64,000 nt of DNA from contig JACIXR010000004.1 in assembly GCA_014360495.1 (NCBI GenBank), positions 67,983 to 131,982 of the forward strand. Direction: 5' to 3'. A program made the position numbers and the translations under genes. The notes beneath the pieces were generated by a model. The model was not told where the DNA came from. It did not search any database and saw only the letters and a program-made list of their open reading frames with translations. Below, in pieces: positions 30,549 to 40,708 of this stretch (positions are counted from its first letter, which is position 1; each line of letters begins with the position of its first letter). The DNA comes from a bacterium. GTDB taxonomy: Bacteria; Armatimonadota; JACIXR01.

Positions 30549-31036
30549 TTCTTGCAATACCTCTCCACTATAGTTTTTATTATATTGCTTGTGGACTTCC
30601 CTTCAACTCCCTTCGCTATCATAACCTGTCCTCCCAATGAACGAACCAATTTAGCCTCGGGAAGCTCATCGGGTGATTGATAATCTCCTCCCTTGATATG
30701 GACATCGGGCTTTATCAACTTGATAAGCTCATCGGGGACGGTTTCCTCAAAGATGACCACGAAGTCCACCATTTCCAAGGACGCTAATATCTCCGCCCTT
30801 TCCTCCTGCCCCATAATGGGTCTACTTTCTCCCTTTATTTTTCTCACCGATTCGTCGCTATTTAAACCAACAATGAGAATATCGCCTTTGCTTTTCGCTT
30901 CCCTTAAATAGCGGATATGACCTAAATGGATGATGTCAAAGCAACCGTTCGTGAAAACTATCCTCTTCCCTTCCGACCTCAATCTTCCTACTAAATCAGC
31001 GATTTTCTCCCTTTCAATTATCTTTTCCATCTTCAT
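30545..31036 (-). CDS. rfaE2: D-glycero-beta-D-manno-heptose 1-phosphate adenylyltransferase (stand-alone HldE domain II)
   Basis: FTNGCFDIIHLGH, GLNSD.S...KG..RP and KGGDY motifs. Confidence 0.93.
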   Translation of the reverse strand: MKMEKIIEREKIADLVGRLRSEGKRIVFTNGCFDIIHLGHIRYLREAKSKGDILIVGLNSDESVRKIKGESRPIMGQEERAEILASLEMVDFVVIFEETVPDELIKLIKPDVHIKGGDYQSPDELPEAKLVRSLGGQVMIAKGVEGKSTSNIIKTIVERYCKK

Positions 31037-32016
31037 TCCTGTGGCAGTTGACCCACAAGCTCCAGCATTTCTCTTGGAGTGGGCTGAGCAGTGCCTAGTT
31101 TCCTCACAACAACTGCGGCAGCTATACTGGCAATTTCCATTGCCTCTCTGAGGGAAGTTCCCGCCTTCAAACTCAAAGCCAGAGAAGCCATAACAGTGTC
31201 GCCGGCTCCCGTTACATCGTGAACTTCCGTAGCCAGCGCGGGGATATGAATTTCTTCGTCCTCTTTATAGAGTCTCATTCCTCTCTCGCCCATTGTTATC
31301 AAGACCCCCTTTGCCTCCAATTGCCTAAGGAGCCTCATTCCCACCTCATCTATCGGGAGAGATTCCGTTGCATCGCCAACGGCGAAGCGGGCTTCCTTCT
31401 CGTTGGGACAGAGAAGAAAGGCGCCCTTGAAGAGGTTGATGTTTTGAGGCTTTGGGTCTACTATGAGGAGGCAATCGTGTGGCTCGCTTACTTCAACGAG
31501 GAGTTTGGCAACTTCCGGATGGAAGAAGCCCTTATTATAGTCAGATGCTATTATTATGCCTTTGTTTGTCGTTAATTTTTGGATTTTTTCCTTTGCTTTT
31601 GCTAAAATCTCGCCCTCAATTGGTTTCCTGCTTTCCCTATCTATCCTCACGACCTGCTGGGTGTGAGCGATAATCCTGTTCTTGCAAGTCGTGGGACGGG
31701 AAGGGTCTACTATGATTCCCTGAATATCAATATCTCTTTTCATTAATTCTTCTAAGAGGAATTTGCCGTATTCATCATCTCCGATAACTCCTAAAAGCTT
31801 ACATTTTCCACCCAATGCAGTGATATTTGCCGCCGTGTTAGCGGCGCCTCCGGGAACGAAGAAACGGTGTTCAATCTCCACAATGGGGACGGGTGCTTCC
31901 GGCGATATCCGGTTGACCCTTCCGATGTTGTATTCGTCAAGGATTAAATCGCCGAGGACGACGATTTCCAACTCCTTGAAGCTATTCAGTATTTCCTTAA
32001 GCCTTCTTTTCTTCAT
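31033..32016 (-). CDS. rfaE1: D-glycero-D-manno-heptose-7-phosphate kinase (stand-alone HldE domain I)
   Basis: RISPEAPVP, GGAAN, SDYNKG, VDPK and DVTGAGDT motifs. Confidence 0.93.
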   Translation of the reverse strand: MKKRRLKEILNSFKELEIVVLGDLILDEYNIGRVNRISPEAPVPIVEIEHRFFVPGGAANTAANITALGGKCKLLGVIGDDEYGKFLLEELMKRDIDIQGIIVDPSRPTTCKNRIIAHTQQVVRIDRESRKPIEGEILAKAKEKIQKLTTNKGIIIASDYNKGFFHPEVAKLLVEVSEPHDCLLIVDPKPQNINLFKGAFLLCPNEKEARFAVGDATESLPIDEVGMRLLRQLEAKGVLITMGERGMRLYKEDEEIHIPALATEVHDVTGAGDTVMASLALSLKAGTSLREAMEIASIAAAVVVRKLGTAQPTPREMLELVGQLPQE

Positions 32017-32593
32017 TTTCTGAGCCGAAATGCTGGTCAATTGCCTCGCAGATTAGATGCCCAATCATAAGATGGAAGGTTTGGATTAGGGGGGTATTCT
32101 TTGAGGGAACGACGAAAGCCATATCGGCTTCCTTTGCTAAATCGCCTCCCTCGCCGCCGCTTAAAGCGATTGTGTAGGCACCCTTTCTCTTTCCCGTTTT
32201 CACTCCCTCAATCACGCTTTTTGACTTCCCGCTTGTTGAGATGCCGATAACGATATCCTTTTCGCTAGCTAATGCCTCTACTTGGCGGGCGAAGACGACA
32301 TCAAAAGAATAGTCGTTGGACAAAGCTGTAAGGATGGATGTGTTAGTTGTTAGGGCGAGGGCGGGAAGCGGTTTTCTTTCTCTCTTAAATCTGCCGATTA
32401 GCTCGGCGGCGATATGCTGGGCATCGGCGGCGGAGCCGCCACAGCCGAAAAGCAGAACCTTGCCTCCATCTTCAAGAGCTTTGATGATTTTAGCACAGCA
32501 TATGCCTATTTTCTCCCTCTCTTTCTTCAGCCAAGAGAGAAGGGAATCCAGTTCTTTTATATACTCCTCTAAGAACCCTTCAACATTCATCAT
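31997..32593 (-). CDS. gmhA: Phosphoheptose isomerase
   Basis: GGSAADAQH.AAE, NDY and ISTSG motifs. Confidence 0.93.
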   Translation of the reverse strand: MMNVEGFLEEYIKELDSLLSWLKKEREKIGICCAKIIKALEDGGKVLLFGCGGSAADAQHIAAELIGRFKRERKPLPALALTTNTSILTALSNDYSFDVVFARQVEALASEKDIVIGISTSGKSKSVIEGVKTGKRKGAYTIALSGGEGGDLAKEADMAFVVPSKNTPLIQTFHLMIGHLICEAIDQHFGSENEEKKA

Positions 32594-32601
32594 ATATTTA
32601 G

Positions 32602-32643
32602 ATTTTATTCATTTTTGCCAGATATTCAATTGGATTATAGAAT
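32602..32643. promoter_or_regulatory. Overlapping divergent promoters (gmhA operon and deacetylase)
   Basis: Minus strand TTGAAT-N16-TAAAAT; plus strand TTGCCA-N17-TAGAAT. Each -10 ends 8 nt before an ATG. Confidence 0.6.
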
Positions 32644-32651
32644 AATTTTGT

Positions 32652-33686
32652 ATGAAACCAAAAGGAGTAGAGAGAATCCAAAGGTCTCCTTACTATTTTC
32701 TTGAAAAACTTGGGATTTTAGACGCACTTATAGCTCGCAAAATAGTAGAGGGAAGATTGCCTTTATATATACTATCTTACCATCGTTTTTCACCGAGAAA
32801 AAGGATAATCAGGTCTACCCCGCCCTGCATCGATATCAACTCTTTCCGAGAGCAAATAGAATTTTTATGCAGAAATTTTGAAGTCATTCCCCTTTCAATT
32901 ATTGCGCATTGTATCCATAAAAGGGAGCCTTTCCCCAAGAATTCCGTAGCGATAACGATTGATGATGGATACAAAGACAATTATCTCTTAGCTTATCCTA
33001 TTTTAAAGGAAAATAAAGTTCCAGCGACTATTTTTCTCACTACCTCATATATAGATGGGAAGCAAACGCCTTGGGAAGCAAAGGTTTCCTTTGCAATTTC
33101 CCATACCAGCATAAAGGAATTGTCATTGGAAGGGATAGGGAGATTCAATCTACGAGGAGAAAAAAGGAGATATATTGCGAGGGAAATGATAATAAAAAGG
33201 TTAAAGAAGGTATCCGAAAAGAGGAAGAAAGTTCTTATAGAAAAGCTGATAAAAAGATGCGATGTAGAGATTCCTCCCTGTTTAGGAAAAGAATTGATGT
33301 TATCTTGGAATGAGATAAGAGAAATGAACGGGGAGGGGATAGAATTCGGCGCCCATACGGTTCATCACCCTGAATTGACGAACATCCCTCTAACGGAGGC
33401 GAAATGGGAGATAGAAGAGTCAAAAAGGGAGCTTGAGGAAGGATTAGGGAAGCAAGTTTTCGCATTTGCCTATCCGAGCGGTATTTACAATAAGGGAATA
33501 GTCCGATTGGTAAAAAATGCTGGATTTCTCTGTGCGGTTACCACCAGTTTAAGAGAGGTTAAGCCTTGGTCCAATCCTTACGAATTGGGGAGGGCAATAG
33601 GGATAGATGAGGACTTCAGCAAGTTCAAGGCTATAGTTTCCGGAATTTATGAAAGGATAAATACCTGTTGGGGCTTATTGAGATAA
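32652..33686 (+). CDS. Polysaccharide deacetylase (CE4/NodB)
   Basis: YHR, TIDDGY.DN, GAHT..HP.L and FAYPSG motifs. Confidence 0.9.
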   Translation: MKPKGVERIQRSPYYFLEKLGILDALIARKIVEGRLPLYILSYHRFSPRKRIIRSTPPCIDINSFREQIEFLCRNFEVIPLSIIAHCIHKREPFPKNSVAITIDDGYKDNYLLAYPILKENKVPATIFLTTSYIDGKQTPWEAKVSFAISHTSIKELSLEGIGRFNLRGEKRRYIAREMIIKRLKKVSEKRKKVLIEKLIKRCDVEIPPCLGKELMLSWNEIREMNGEGIEFGAHTVHHPELTNIPLTEAKWEIEESKRELEEGLGKQVFAFAYPSGIYNKGIVRLVKNAGFLCAVTTSLREVKPWSNPYELGRAIGIDEDFSKFKAIVSGIYERINTCWGLLR

Positions 33687-34877
33687 CAAGCCGAAGAGGA
33701 TATCTTTAACAAGCTTTCCCACGCGTTCTCTAGAGAATTGGAGAGCTATTTCCCGACACAATCCCCTTGTTTCGGGTGGCAATCTCACAGCCTGCTGAAG
33801 GGCAGAAGCCAGTGATTCTACATCTCCCTCTTCTACGATAAATCCTTGGACTCCAGGTTGAATGAATTCGCTTGTTCCGATAGCGGATGATACGACGATA
33901 GGGATACCACAGGAGAGAGCTTCAAGGGAAACAAGAGGTATCCCCTCATAAAGAGATGGGAGGACAAATGTGTCCGCTGCATTGTAATATATTGGCAAGT
34001 TACTATGGGGAATTTTTCCTAAAAAAATCACATCTTTTTCTAAATCGAGCCCTTCAACCAAAGTCCGGAGTTTCTTTTCAAGGGTTCCCTTTCCGATTAG
34101 AAGGAGAAGACTATTGGGATTTTGCTGCTTGAAAATTTTGAAGGCATGAATGAGGATATTGGGTGCCTTTAGGGGGTCTAATCCGCCGACGAAGAGGAAG
34201 ATGAAATGGTCATCAGGAAGGTTCAAAATTTTCCTCGCTTCTAACCTATCTTTAGGAACGAAAGTATCGGTATCCAATAAAAGGGGGACAAATAACGCCT
34301 TCTCACCTAGCAAGGGTTCCTTTTCCTTAAGATAGGAGAGTTGTGATTTGTCAGCGCTTATTAGAATTTTTTTCAAATAGGGCGAGTATCTCTTGATAAG
34401 GAAAATATGTAAAAGCCCCTGGATGTAATTGGCAAACCAATTGGGGATATATCTTCTCAGTTTCCAAAGCCTGGGATATCTAAGGGCAAGCATTTCTTTG
34501 AAGCATCCATGGATATGGAGAATCGCCGGCTTTCTAAGATTAGTAAGGGGGAGAAAATCAATCTCTTGGAGATAAATGATATCGGGATTCGTCTTTTCAA
34601 TTTCCTTCCAAGCTTTTCGCAATGTGACGAAGGTATCAAAAGGTCTCCCTATAAATGGTCTATTAAGATAAGGGTCTAAGAAGGAAAATGTTGTTCCCTC
34701 TATCTTCTTTTCTCGCCAGAATTTTCTTTTATTTTCCTTATCGTCCTTGCCCAGTAAATAAACATCCATAAATCTTGATAGGTATAGGGCTATATCCCTT
34801 GAAAAATGCAAAGCACCCTTTGCGGGTTCTCCCACAAAATCTCCTCTCATTGCCATAAGAAGCCGTGGTTTATTCAT
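33675..34877 (-). CDS. GT4 glycosyltransferase
   Basis: FVGGL...K and FVLPSLYEG.PLV.LEAL.CG.P motifs. Confidence 0.9.
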   Translation of the reverse strand: MNKPRLLMAMRGDFVGEPAKGALHFSRDIALYLSRFMDVYLLGKDDKENKRKFWREKKIEGTTFSFLDPYLNRPFIGRPFDTFVTLRKAWKEIEKTNPDIIYLQEIDFLPLTNLRKPAILHIHGCFKEMLALRYPRLWKLRRYIPNWFANYIQGLLHIFLIKRYSPYLKKILISADKSQLSYLKEKEPLLGEKALFVPLLLDTDTFVPKDRLEARKILNLPDDHFIFLFVGGLDPLKAPNILIHAFKIFKQQNPNSLLLLIGKGTLEKKLRTLVEGLDLEKDVIFLGKIPHSNLPIYYNAADTFVLPSLYEGIPLVSLEALSCGIPIVVSSAIGTSEFIQPGVQGFIVEEGDVESLASALQQAVRLPPETRGLCREIALQFSRERVGKLVKDILFGLLSQ

Positions 34878-35859
34878 TTTCCATCACCATCAATTTTTCA
34901 ATTTCTTCGCCTATTTCCTTGGCGTTTAGTGTCTTGAGGCATATTGGTTTCCTGCATTTCTTTTTACTCCAGCAAGGAGAACAAGAAATTGGTTTATAAA
35001 GCACACGAACCTTTGCGCCAAGCGGAGAAGTTCTTTTAGGGTCGGTTGCGGTATAGATGCCCAAAGTCGGCACTCCCAAACAAGCAGCTATGTGAGTGAG
35101 TCCACTATCCTGACCAACGAAAACAGAGCAAAATTTGAGCAGAGCTATGGATTCTCGTAGGGAAAGGTGTCCAGCTAAGTTATGAATTTTTTCCTGTTCT
35201 AAGGTCCTACCAAGCTCCTCAAATTCTGTTCCTCCGAATAAAAAAACATTCCCCTTTGCTTTGAGCATATTAAGAAGTTCGTTTAAGGTAGGTAGGTGCC
35301 ATCTCTTAAATGTGGTGCTCCCTCCGAGAAGGATACCAAAGATTGGCTCGTTAGCTTCTTTTGTAAGTGCATCAGCCAATTCCCTTGCCCTATTAGTTTC
35401 TTCTTCCGATAGAAAAATCTCGGGGATTAAGGTTGATTTTCTCCCTCCAGCTGCAATCGCCAGCTTGACATAATCTAAGACGCAATGGTCTTCAGGGTTT
35501 TCCTTTATCGTAAAATTATAGAAAAGAAAGGTTGCAGGATTGAAGAAACCAAAGCGCCTTTTGCATCCACTCAGAAAAGAAAGGAGAGCTAATTCCACGG
35601 ATTTTGAGGAAAAAGATAAGCACATATCATAATTTCTCGTCTTTATTTGTTTTAACAATTCTCTTTTCTCTTCCACTCTTTTCGGGCGAACGAATATCGA
35701 ATCTATCCAAGGATTTTTCTTCAATACCTCTGCGCCGTTGGCTCCTAGCACGACATCTATAGGAGTGGTTTGGTAGCCCTCCTTCAGGGTCTTTATAGCG
35801 GGAAGAGTGAAGATGACGTCCCCGATGAAATTCTGGTTTAATACTAAAATCCTTTTCAT
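34870..35859 (-). CDS. GT9 heptosyltransferase-like protein
   Basis: IGDVI...PA, KRW, DSGLTHIAA..G.PT motifs and a C-terminal CSPC...C...C. ATG 35859. Confidence 0.9.
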   Translation of the reverse strand: MKRILVLNQNFIGDVIFTLPAIKTLKEGYQTTPIDVVLGANGAEVLKKNPWIDSIFVRPKRVEEKRELLKQIKTRNYDMCLSFSSKSVELALLSFLSGCKRRFGFFNPATFLFYNFTIKENPEDHCVLDYVKLAIAAGGRKSTLIPEIFLSEEETNRARELADALTKEANEPIFGILLGGSTTFKRWHLPTLNELLNMLKAKGNVFLFGGTEFEELGRTLEQEKIHNLAGHLSLRESIALLKFCSVFVGQDSGLTHIAACLGVPTLGIYTATDPKRTSPLGAKVRVLYKPISCSPCWSKKKCRKPICLKTLNAKEIGEEIEKLMVMENE

Positions 35860-36374
35860 GCCAATTTTCTTTTCCAAAGCCGCCAATATAAGTCTTCAAT
35901 CTTGGAAGGTAAAATAGCAGCTAAAAACGATTCCCACGCACCTGCTAGTAGGAGATAAATGCGAGCAAAGGGGAATCCAACTCGTTGAAGGGCGAGCTTT
36001 AGAGGTTCCTTCGACGAATGAGTTAAATATTGTGGAGGTGCATTCCGCCTGGCGCCACTTGGAGTTATATGAGTGGAGATGATGTGAGGCTGTCTTTCTT
36101 TGAACAATTTAATCAAAGAGAGGAAAATAGTGATAATTGTTCCTGCCTCTATGAGAGTTATCATTGAGTTTTTAGGATAGGGGAATCCTCCCATTTTCTC
36201 TTCTTCGATTTTCGTCCTTATCCTTCTTAAAATCGCAAGTTCACGCTCCCATTCAGGAGACATGTTTTCAATTATCGCCTTTAAACTTCTTTCCATACCA
36301 CCATTAAACCAATGGGCAGCAATGAAAAGAACTTTCTTTTTGCTAAATTGAGAGTTTGAGCCTGGCCCCATCAA
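35856..36374 (-). pseudogene. Chimeric remnant: GT4 N-terminal domain fused in frame to an unrelated tail
   Basis: KVLFI...GGMERS...QPHIISTH is a GT4 N-domain with no donor-binding domain. The tail PPQYLTHSSKEPLKLALQRVGF resembles methyltransferase C-termini. Confidence 0.55.
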
Positions 36375-37374
36375 TTACTTCCTCCTCCGTTATCAATTTC
36401 ATACATTCTTTATGGTGGCAAATTCTCTTTCTGCAGGGACTACAGTGCAATTTCTTATAAAGAACTTCGTTTTTCTCTCCATACGGTCCCTGTATTTTAG
36501 GGTTCGTGGGACCGAAGAGGGCGATTACAGGAGTATCTACCGCTGAGGCCATATGCATAGCACCTGAATCAACCGAAATCGCCAACAACGACTTCTCCAA
36601 CACCGCTGCTGCTTCTCTTAAACTCGTTTTTCCCGTTAAATCAATCGGGCGATGCTTCATATATCTTATTATATCTCGTGTATGAAAAACATCTTGTTTT
36701 CCACCTATGAAAACGACTTGGAAACCATCTTCCATAAGAGCATCTCCTACTCTTGCCCATCGTTCAGGAAGCCATCTCTTGGAATCCCAAGTCGTTCCGG
36801 GACAGAGAGCTACTATCGGTTTTTCGGTATTCAATGACTTCTCTGCCCTTCTTCGTTCTTCATCGGTTAGATAAATTTTAGGCTTGAGAACCAAAGCCTT
36901 CTTCTTGACCTTGAGAATATTGCTCTCTATATTCATCCTGTTGCGATTTGAAATATCTAAAGCAACATAAGCGGCGAGCAAATTATTCTCAACTGCGTGA
37001 AAGAAAGGAACATTGGGAACGCAAGAATCATAGAATATGTGGGAACCTCTTTCCACTTTTTCCTTTCCTATTCTCTTTTTGGCTCCACTAAGAAAAGCGA
37101 ATATGGCGGATTTGAACAGGGATTGAAGGTCAAGACACATACCCCATTTCCTTTTTCTCAACTCAATTAACGCGCTCAAAATTCCCTTGATGCTTTTCCT
37201 TGAAACAACGAGCTCATCTATATAAAGGTTGTTTTTGAGGATGGAGGCGTTTCTTTCCTCCACAAGCCAGCAGATGAAAGCATCGGGAGCTTCCTCCTCT
37301 ATCGCCTGAGGAACAGGGGTTGACAAGATTACATCTCCGAGAGAGCTCATCCTGATTATAAGGAATTTTTCCAT
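36343..37374 (-). CDS. GT9 heptosyltransferase (WaaC/WaaF-like)
   Basis: RMSSLGDVI, DLQSL.KS, PG..W.SKRW and DSGAMHMASA...P.IALFGPT motifs. Confidence 0.92.
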   Translation of the reverse strand: MEKFLIIRMSSLGDVILSTPVPQAIEEEAPDAFICWLVEERNASILKNNLYIDELVVSRKSIKGILSALIELRKRKWGMCLDLQSLFKSAIFAFLSGAKKRIGKEKVERGSHIFYDSCVPNVPFFHAVENNLLAAYVALDISNRNRMNIESNILKVKKKALVLKPKIYLTDEERRRAEKSLNTEKPIVALCPGTTWDSKRWLPERWARVGDALMEDGFQVVFIGGKQDVFHTRDIIRYMKHRPIDLTGKTSLREAAAVLEKSLLAISVDSGAMHMASAVDTPVIALFGPTNPKIQGPYGEKNEVLYKKLHCSPCRKRICHHKECMKLITEEEVIDGARLKLSI

Positions 37375-38471
37375 CTTTGCCTCATCTCAAGATTTTGAAG
37401 ATAAACCCTCTCGTAATTTTTTACAGCGATTTTTATATCAAACTCTTTTATAGCTTTCTCCCTGCCTCTTTCACCAAACTCTTTTCTTAACTTCTCGTCT
37501 TTCGCCAATCGCAAAATCGCATTTGCAAGGGCTTCGGGATCGCGAGGAGGAACGAGAATCCCCGTGATTTCATCTTCAACCACTTCTGGTATTCCTCCTA
37601 CATCGGTAGCTACAATTGGTTTTCCGCTCGCCATTGCTTCTATTAGAACGATTCCAAAACCCTCCCAGTCTGATGACAAAGCGAAGATATCGCAATCTGC
37701 TAAAATCTCTGGTATATCGGAACGCCAACCCCAAAAGAAAACTTTCTCTTCCAATCCAAGCTTTTTAACTCTATTTTCCACTTTTCTCCTCAAACTCCCA
37801 TCTCCTACTAAATGAAGTCTTAGATTGGGCATTTCTTTAACAGCTTTGGAGAATGCTTCCACGAGGAGAAGATGGTTCTTGGCTTTTTTGAACTTTCCTA
37901 TGTTCAAAATCTTGATTAGATTATCACCTTTCCTTCTATCCCTGAAATATTCCCTTGAGGGAATCCCGTTGTAAATAACAACAGAGTCAACTCCATAAGT
38001 TGCTTTAACCGAGCGCGCTACTTCCTTTGAAATGCTGACCGGTATTACATTGAGATATTTGAACGCCATCCGGTTTAAGCCTCTGAAGAAAAAGGATGTA
38101 TCGTATTTAGCTAAGTTGTGGATTGTGTGGATGTGGACTGGAATACGGGCAAGGTGTGAGGGGATGAGGACATAGCGAATAGCTCTTAAATGGGTGTGGA
38201 TGACATCGGGTTTAAATGATTTAAAGAGATTCGTGAGACGGGAAATGGTTAAGGGGTGGAATGTCCAGCGGAGATTGAGGAAGAACATAGGGATGCGATT
38301 TCGTCTTAATTCGGATTCCAGGAAGGAATGCGTCTTCCTTACCAAGACGCAGACCGCTATTTCAAATTTTTCCTTGTCAAAATTCTTGCATAAATCAACG
38401 AGAAACCTCTGAGCACCACCAATGTCCAGGGAGGGGATGATTTGGAGGAGACGAATTTTTTTATTGGGCAT
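37356..38471 (-). CDS. GT4 glycosyltransferase
   Basis: GGAQR, YNGI, KNH and SSDWEGFG.VLIEAMA.GKP motifs. Confidence 0.92.
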   Translation of the reverse strand: MPNKKIRLLQIIPSLDIGGAQRFLVDLCKNFDKEKFEIAVCVLVRKTHSFLESELRRNRIPMFFLNLRWTFHPLTISRLTNLFKSFKPDVIHTHLRAIRYVLIPSHLARIPVHIHTIHNLAKYDTSFFFRGLNRMAFKYLNVIPVSISKEVARSVKATYGVDSVVIYNGIPSREYFRDRRKGDNLIKILNIGKFKKAKNHLLLVEAFSKAVKEMPNLRLHLVGDGSLRRKVENRVKKLGLEEKVFFWGWRSDIPEILADCDIFALSSDWEGFGIVLIEAMASGKPIVATDVGGIPEVVEDEITGILVPPRDPEALANAILRLAKDEKLRKEFGERGREKAIKEFDIKIAVKNYERVYLQNLEMRQRWKNSL

Positions 38472-39156
38472 GTTTTTCCAGGATTTCTCCGATTTTCCTC
38501 GCTTGATTTTCCCAACTGAATTCCTTGACCTTCTCCCATTCTATCTTTTCTATTTTGTGTTCAATGTAAAAGTTCTTTAATGCCCTCAACAAGAACTCCT
38601 CTACTTCTTCTGCCGTTTCACAATTTGTCCCTATTCCAAGTTTTTCAATCAATTTCCCAGCGAGGTTGTATTTTGAGCCAATGCTTAGAATAGGACGTCT
38701 TGCCCCCATATATTCAAAGAGCTTGCCTGAATAAAAATACCAGTCGGATTCGTTAAATTCTAAAGGGAGCAAAAGGTAGGTAGCTCTAAGTTCCTCTCGC
38801 ACGACAACGCTATGAGAGGTCCATGGACAGAGTTTGAAAAGTTCTTTGAGCTCCGGATATTCAGTAAGTTTGGATAAAATAACATCCATCCATGTTCCCC
38901 CATATATTGAGCCAGCGAATAGCAGTGTAAATACATTGTCAATTTCTACATCTGATGGGAAATCTTCTGGGTCAAAGGCGTTGTGGATGATATAAACAGG
39001 TCTATCGGAAAAGGAGGCATCTCTAAAGGGTTCAAGGAGGCATACGGAGATTTCAAATTTGCTCCTATCCATTCGCCTTGACAAATTTACAATAAGGCGT
39101 TCCATACCGCCGTAATGAAGAAATTGGATTATATGCAGGATTTTAATCTTCTGCAT
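38461..39156 (-). pseudogene. Internally deleted or chimeric GT4 (231 aa)
   Basis: The first ~50 aa resemble the neighbouring GT4 start, then the sequence jumps to IHNAFDPEDF...AGSIYG...GKLFEYMGARRPIL of a different GT4 subtype. Too short for an intact GT-B fold. Confidence 0.6.
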
Positions 39157-40708
39157 AGCGGAAGTTGAGGGACCTTATTATCTCCTTAACTATTGGCACG
39201 AAGCGGGGGGAAACGCTTAAATGTTCAACGCCAATTCTTATCAGCCTCGGTATAAACGTTCGTTCACCGGCGATTTCACCGCAAACCCCTATCTCCTTTC
39301 CATATCTCTTAGCTTCCTTTACAGCGATTTTGATTAACCGCCAAAGGGAAGGGTGAGCGGGATTGTAGAGTTCGCTCACATCTTTTCCCGCTCTGTCAAC
39401 CGCGAGAGTATATTGGAGGAGGTCATTTGTTCCGATGCTGAAGAAATCGCAGAATTTAGCCATCTTGGAAAGGCAAAGGGCACAAGCTGGCGTTTCAACC
39501 ATTATACCCACCGGGATTTCTCCCACTAACTCTTTTATCTCTTTTACTTCCTCAGGGAAGGAAACCATAGGCAAAATAATGGAAATATTTGGGTACTCTT
39601 CGTGAGCTTCTATTATCGCCTCCAATTGTGGGTAGAGAAGTTCCTTTCTCTTGAGGAGCAACCTTATTCCTCGGAGTCCAAGCGCGGGATTGGGCTCATT
39701 GGGAAGATTTAGGAACTGGAATGGCTTATCAGCTCCGATATCAAAGAGCCTTATATGCACTGGTTTGGGATGGAAAACCTTCCCCGCCATCCTATAAACC
39801 CTCAAATGGGTTTCTTTTCTAAGGGCATCCTCGCCCTGGAAAAGAAGGAATTCCGTGCGGAAAATCCCTATCCCATCCGCTCCCATCTTCTTTGCTTCCT
39901 CAATTTCCTCGGGATTTCCCACATTGGCATAAACGACGATTCTTTTCCCTTCCTTCGTTATCGCTGGCAAATGCCTCTTGGCAATTGCTTCTCTCTCTTC
40001 TTTTTGTCGCAGTGCTTCCTTTTCCATATAGATTTTTTGAAGCCTATCGGATGGTTCGATTATGACTTCCCCTTTCTCTCCATCCAAAATCAACATTTCT
40101 CCATTGCGGACTATTTCCGTAATCCGTTGGCAAGATGTTAACATTGGAATTCCTTTCGCTCTTGCTAGGATGGCGCTGTGTGAAAAAGGACTCCCCGCTG
40201 AACTTATGAATCCCTTTGGCTTCCATCTTTCAAATTCCACTATATGGGATGGCAGTATTTCCTCGCTTACTATTATTGAGTCCTCAGGAATTAATAACTC
40301 GTTCCCAATTATAACTTCCTTTATCCTTCGCATTACATCCTTTATATCATCCGCTCGGCTTCTGAATCTCTCGTCGTGAAGGGATTCAAATAAAGAGACA
40401 ACTTCGTCCTCTACTTCGTTTAAAGCTTCGCCAAGGCTTTTCCCATCCTCTATCTTTTCGTTTACCTTACCCCATATCTCAGGGTCCTCAAGGAGAAGCA
40501 TATGGGAAAAGAATATATCGCCTTCCTCCTCTCCCACTTTTTCGCTATCCAATTGCAGATTCTCCCTCAATTTGCTCTTGGCTTTTTCAAGAAGGAGCAA
40601 GGCTTCCTCGCCCTTCACCTTAAGGGAGAAGGAATCCTTTTGCGATAGTAGGTATGCTTTACCTATCGCAAATCCCGGCGACGCAGGGAGGCATTTAATC
40701 CTTTTCAA
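39143..40708 (-). CDS. ptsI: PTS enzyme I (PEP-protein phosphotransferase)
   Basis: SHSAILAR phospho-His, FRTEF, EPNPALGLRGIR, SIGTNDL and GVCGE motifs. TTG 40708 is the likely start. Confidence 0.95.
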   Translation of the reverse strand: MKRIKCLPASPGFAIGKAYLLSQKDSFSLKVKGEEALLLLEKAKSKLRENLQLDSEKVGEEEGDIFFSHMLLLEDPEIWGKVNEKIEDGKSLGEALNEVEDEVVSLFESLHDERFRSRADDIKDVMRRIKEVIIGNELLIPEDSIIVSEEILPSHIVEFERWKPKGFISSAGSPFSHSAILARAKGIPMLTSCQRITEIVRNGEMLILDGEKGEVIIEPSDRLQKIYMEKEALRQKEEREAIAKRHLPAITKEGKRIVVYANVGNPEEIEEAKKMGADGIGIFRTEFLLFQGEDALRKETHLRVYRMAGKVFHPKPVHIRLFDIGADKPFQFLNLPNEPNPALGLRGIRLLLKRKELLYPQLEAIIEAHEEYPNISIILPMVSFPEEVKEIKELVGEIPVGIMVETPACALCLSKMAKFCDFFSIGTNDLLQYTLAVDRAGKDVSELYNPAHPSLWRLIKIAVKEAKRYGKEIGVCGEIAGERTFIPRLIRIGVEHLSVSPRFVPIVKEIIRSLNFRYAED

